Both the position numbers and the translations under genes were made by a program. Shown here piece after piece: positions 62,816 to 64,000 of a stretch of DNA of 64,000 nt (positions are counted from its first letter, which is position 1; the number at the start of each line of letters is the position of its first letter). The notes below the pieces were generated by a model, which made no database searches, had not been told where the DNA came from, and worked only from the letters and a program-made list of their open reading frames with translations. The stretch is from Chiloscyllium plagiosum (lineage: Eukaryota): positions 18,437,689-18,501,688 of the forward strand of contig NC_057718.1 of assembly GCF_004010195.1 (NCBI RefSeq). The letters run 5' to 3'.

Positions 62816-64000
62816 AGGAGAAAAAAGAAATACAAACATTTTCTGCAACTGGCCGTGAGGATGTTAAAAAAGGTGAACTGTGACTGTTCCTCTCTTTGCC
62901 ATAACAGTAAACCTCACAGATACCTAACTTCCTTTACCCACTGCTGTCACATACCAGTTACTGCATTACTTACTTTAAAACTGGTGAGAATAAAATGACA
63001 CAAAAACACACGCTCATACATATCACATTGACAAACAGATTTGTGCGCACACTCTCACAAATGCACACAGTCTCACAGAAAAACACACATGCCTACATAC
63101 ATGTTTAAAGGTCATTCAGTTATGAGTGTTGCAGAATAATAGAGGGAGTTTTGGGATTCATTTCTCAGTATCAGTGAAAAGCCCAGATTACCATTTAATA
63201 AAAACAGATTTGTTTATTCTGCCATTTCAAATGTGATATTTGTTATACCGAACACCTTTATAGTTATAAGATTGTAAATCATCTCGCTGCCAGTGAACAT
63301 TGCCAAATGAGAAGTGTTACTTAACAATATTAAGTTTAATGAATGGCAGCGCGTGGTTGACAAAGTTAACCCTTAGTAGTTTATATAATGAAATTTCCCT
63401 AAATATAGCCTGAACTGCTGAGCATTTCCAGCACTTTTGGTTTCCGTCTTAGAATATGAAACCGCTTAGGATTGGAATAAAATTGTGTGGACCATTCCAT
63501 CTGTCCTAAAGGATCAAATGCTACACTTATTCTCCATTTCCCCCAACTGCTTCTTTTAAAAGCCCATTCTTACCTGCTGACTGTTCTCAACATTTAACAT
63601 TTCCATGAAATAACTAAATCTGAACCTATCGTTCAGCACACCTCTCTGGGTTCAATACTGTGATCCACCCTCCTCCCCATTTGCAGAGCCTGTATCAAAC
63701 TATTTCGTGGAGTTCACTTATTCTGTATCTGTCTCCCTGTGGAGTCTTGAAAGTTTTCATAAGGTTCCCCAAACTGCCTTCTCAGCTTAGGTGTGTAGCC
63801 TTTGGCACTATCTTCAACATCTCCCCTACTCACACAACAATCAGACTCAGAGACAGCACTTAATAGAAAACACACCACCACATTCTTTACTTTCACTTTA
63901 TTTCCATCACCTCACACCTGAGATCTCACTTATCTCTTTCATTGCTGATGCATAATGCACTAATGAGCAATCTCTGTTTTCAGGCTGGTTGGGAATCATA

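Overview
Eukaryotic, repeat-dense, apparently gene-free (intergenic or deep intronic) DNA from a cartilaginous fish. The roughly 18 HE1-type V-SINEs, CR1/HER1 LINE fragments and Deu-domain SINEs point to a shark, and the HE1 subfamily resembles bamboo shark (inference). I found no intact host protein-coding gene: the ORFs with recognisable products are retroelement-derived and the rest look like chance ORFs. Contents: many SINE and LINE fragments, two decayed Gypsy elements, a probable class-I endogenous retrovirus pro-pol fossil, LTR-like segments, a Tigger-like end, an RTE relic, a 32-bp minisatellite, an old ~0.8 kb local duplication and a 519-nt assembly gap. The most striking signal is a set of short Penelope-derived insertions from several families. 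They share one architecture: a 12-16 bp target-site duplication, a fold-back inverted repeat usually carrying hammerhead-ribozyme cores, and a constant ~35-nt unpaired tail. Family assignments come from motif recognition by eye, and boundaries are approximate unless a TSD is quoted.
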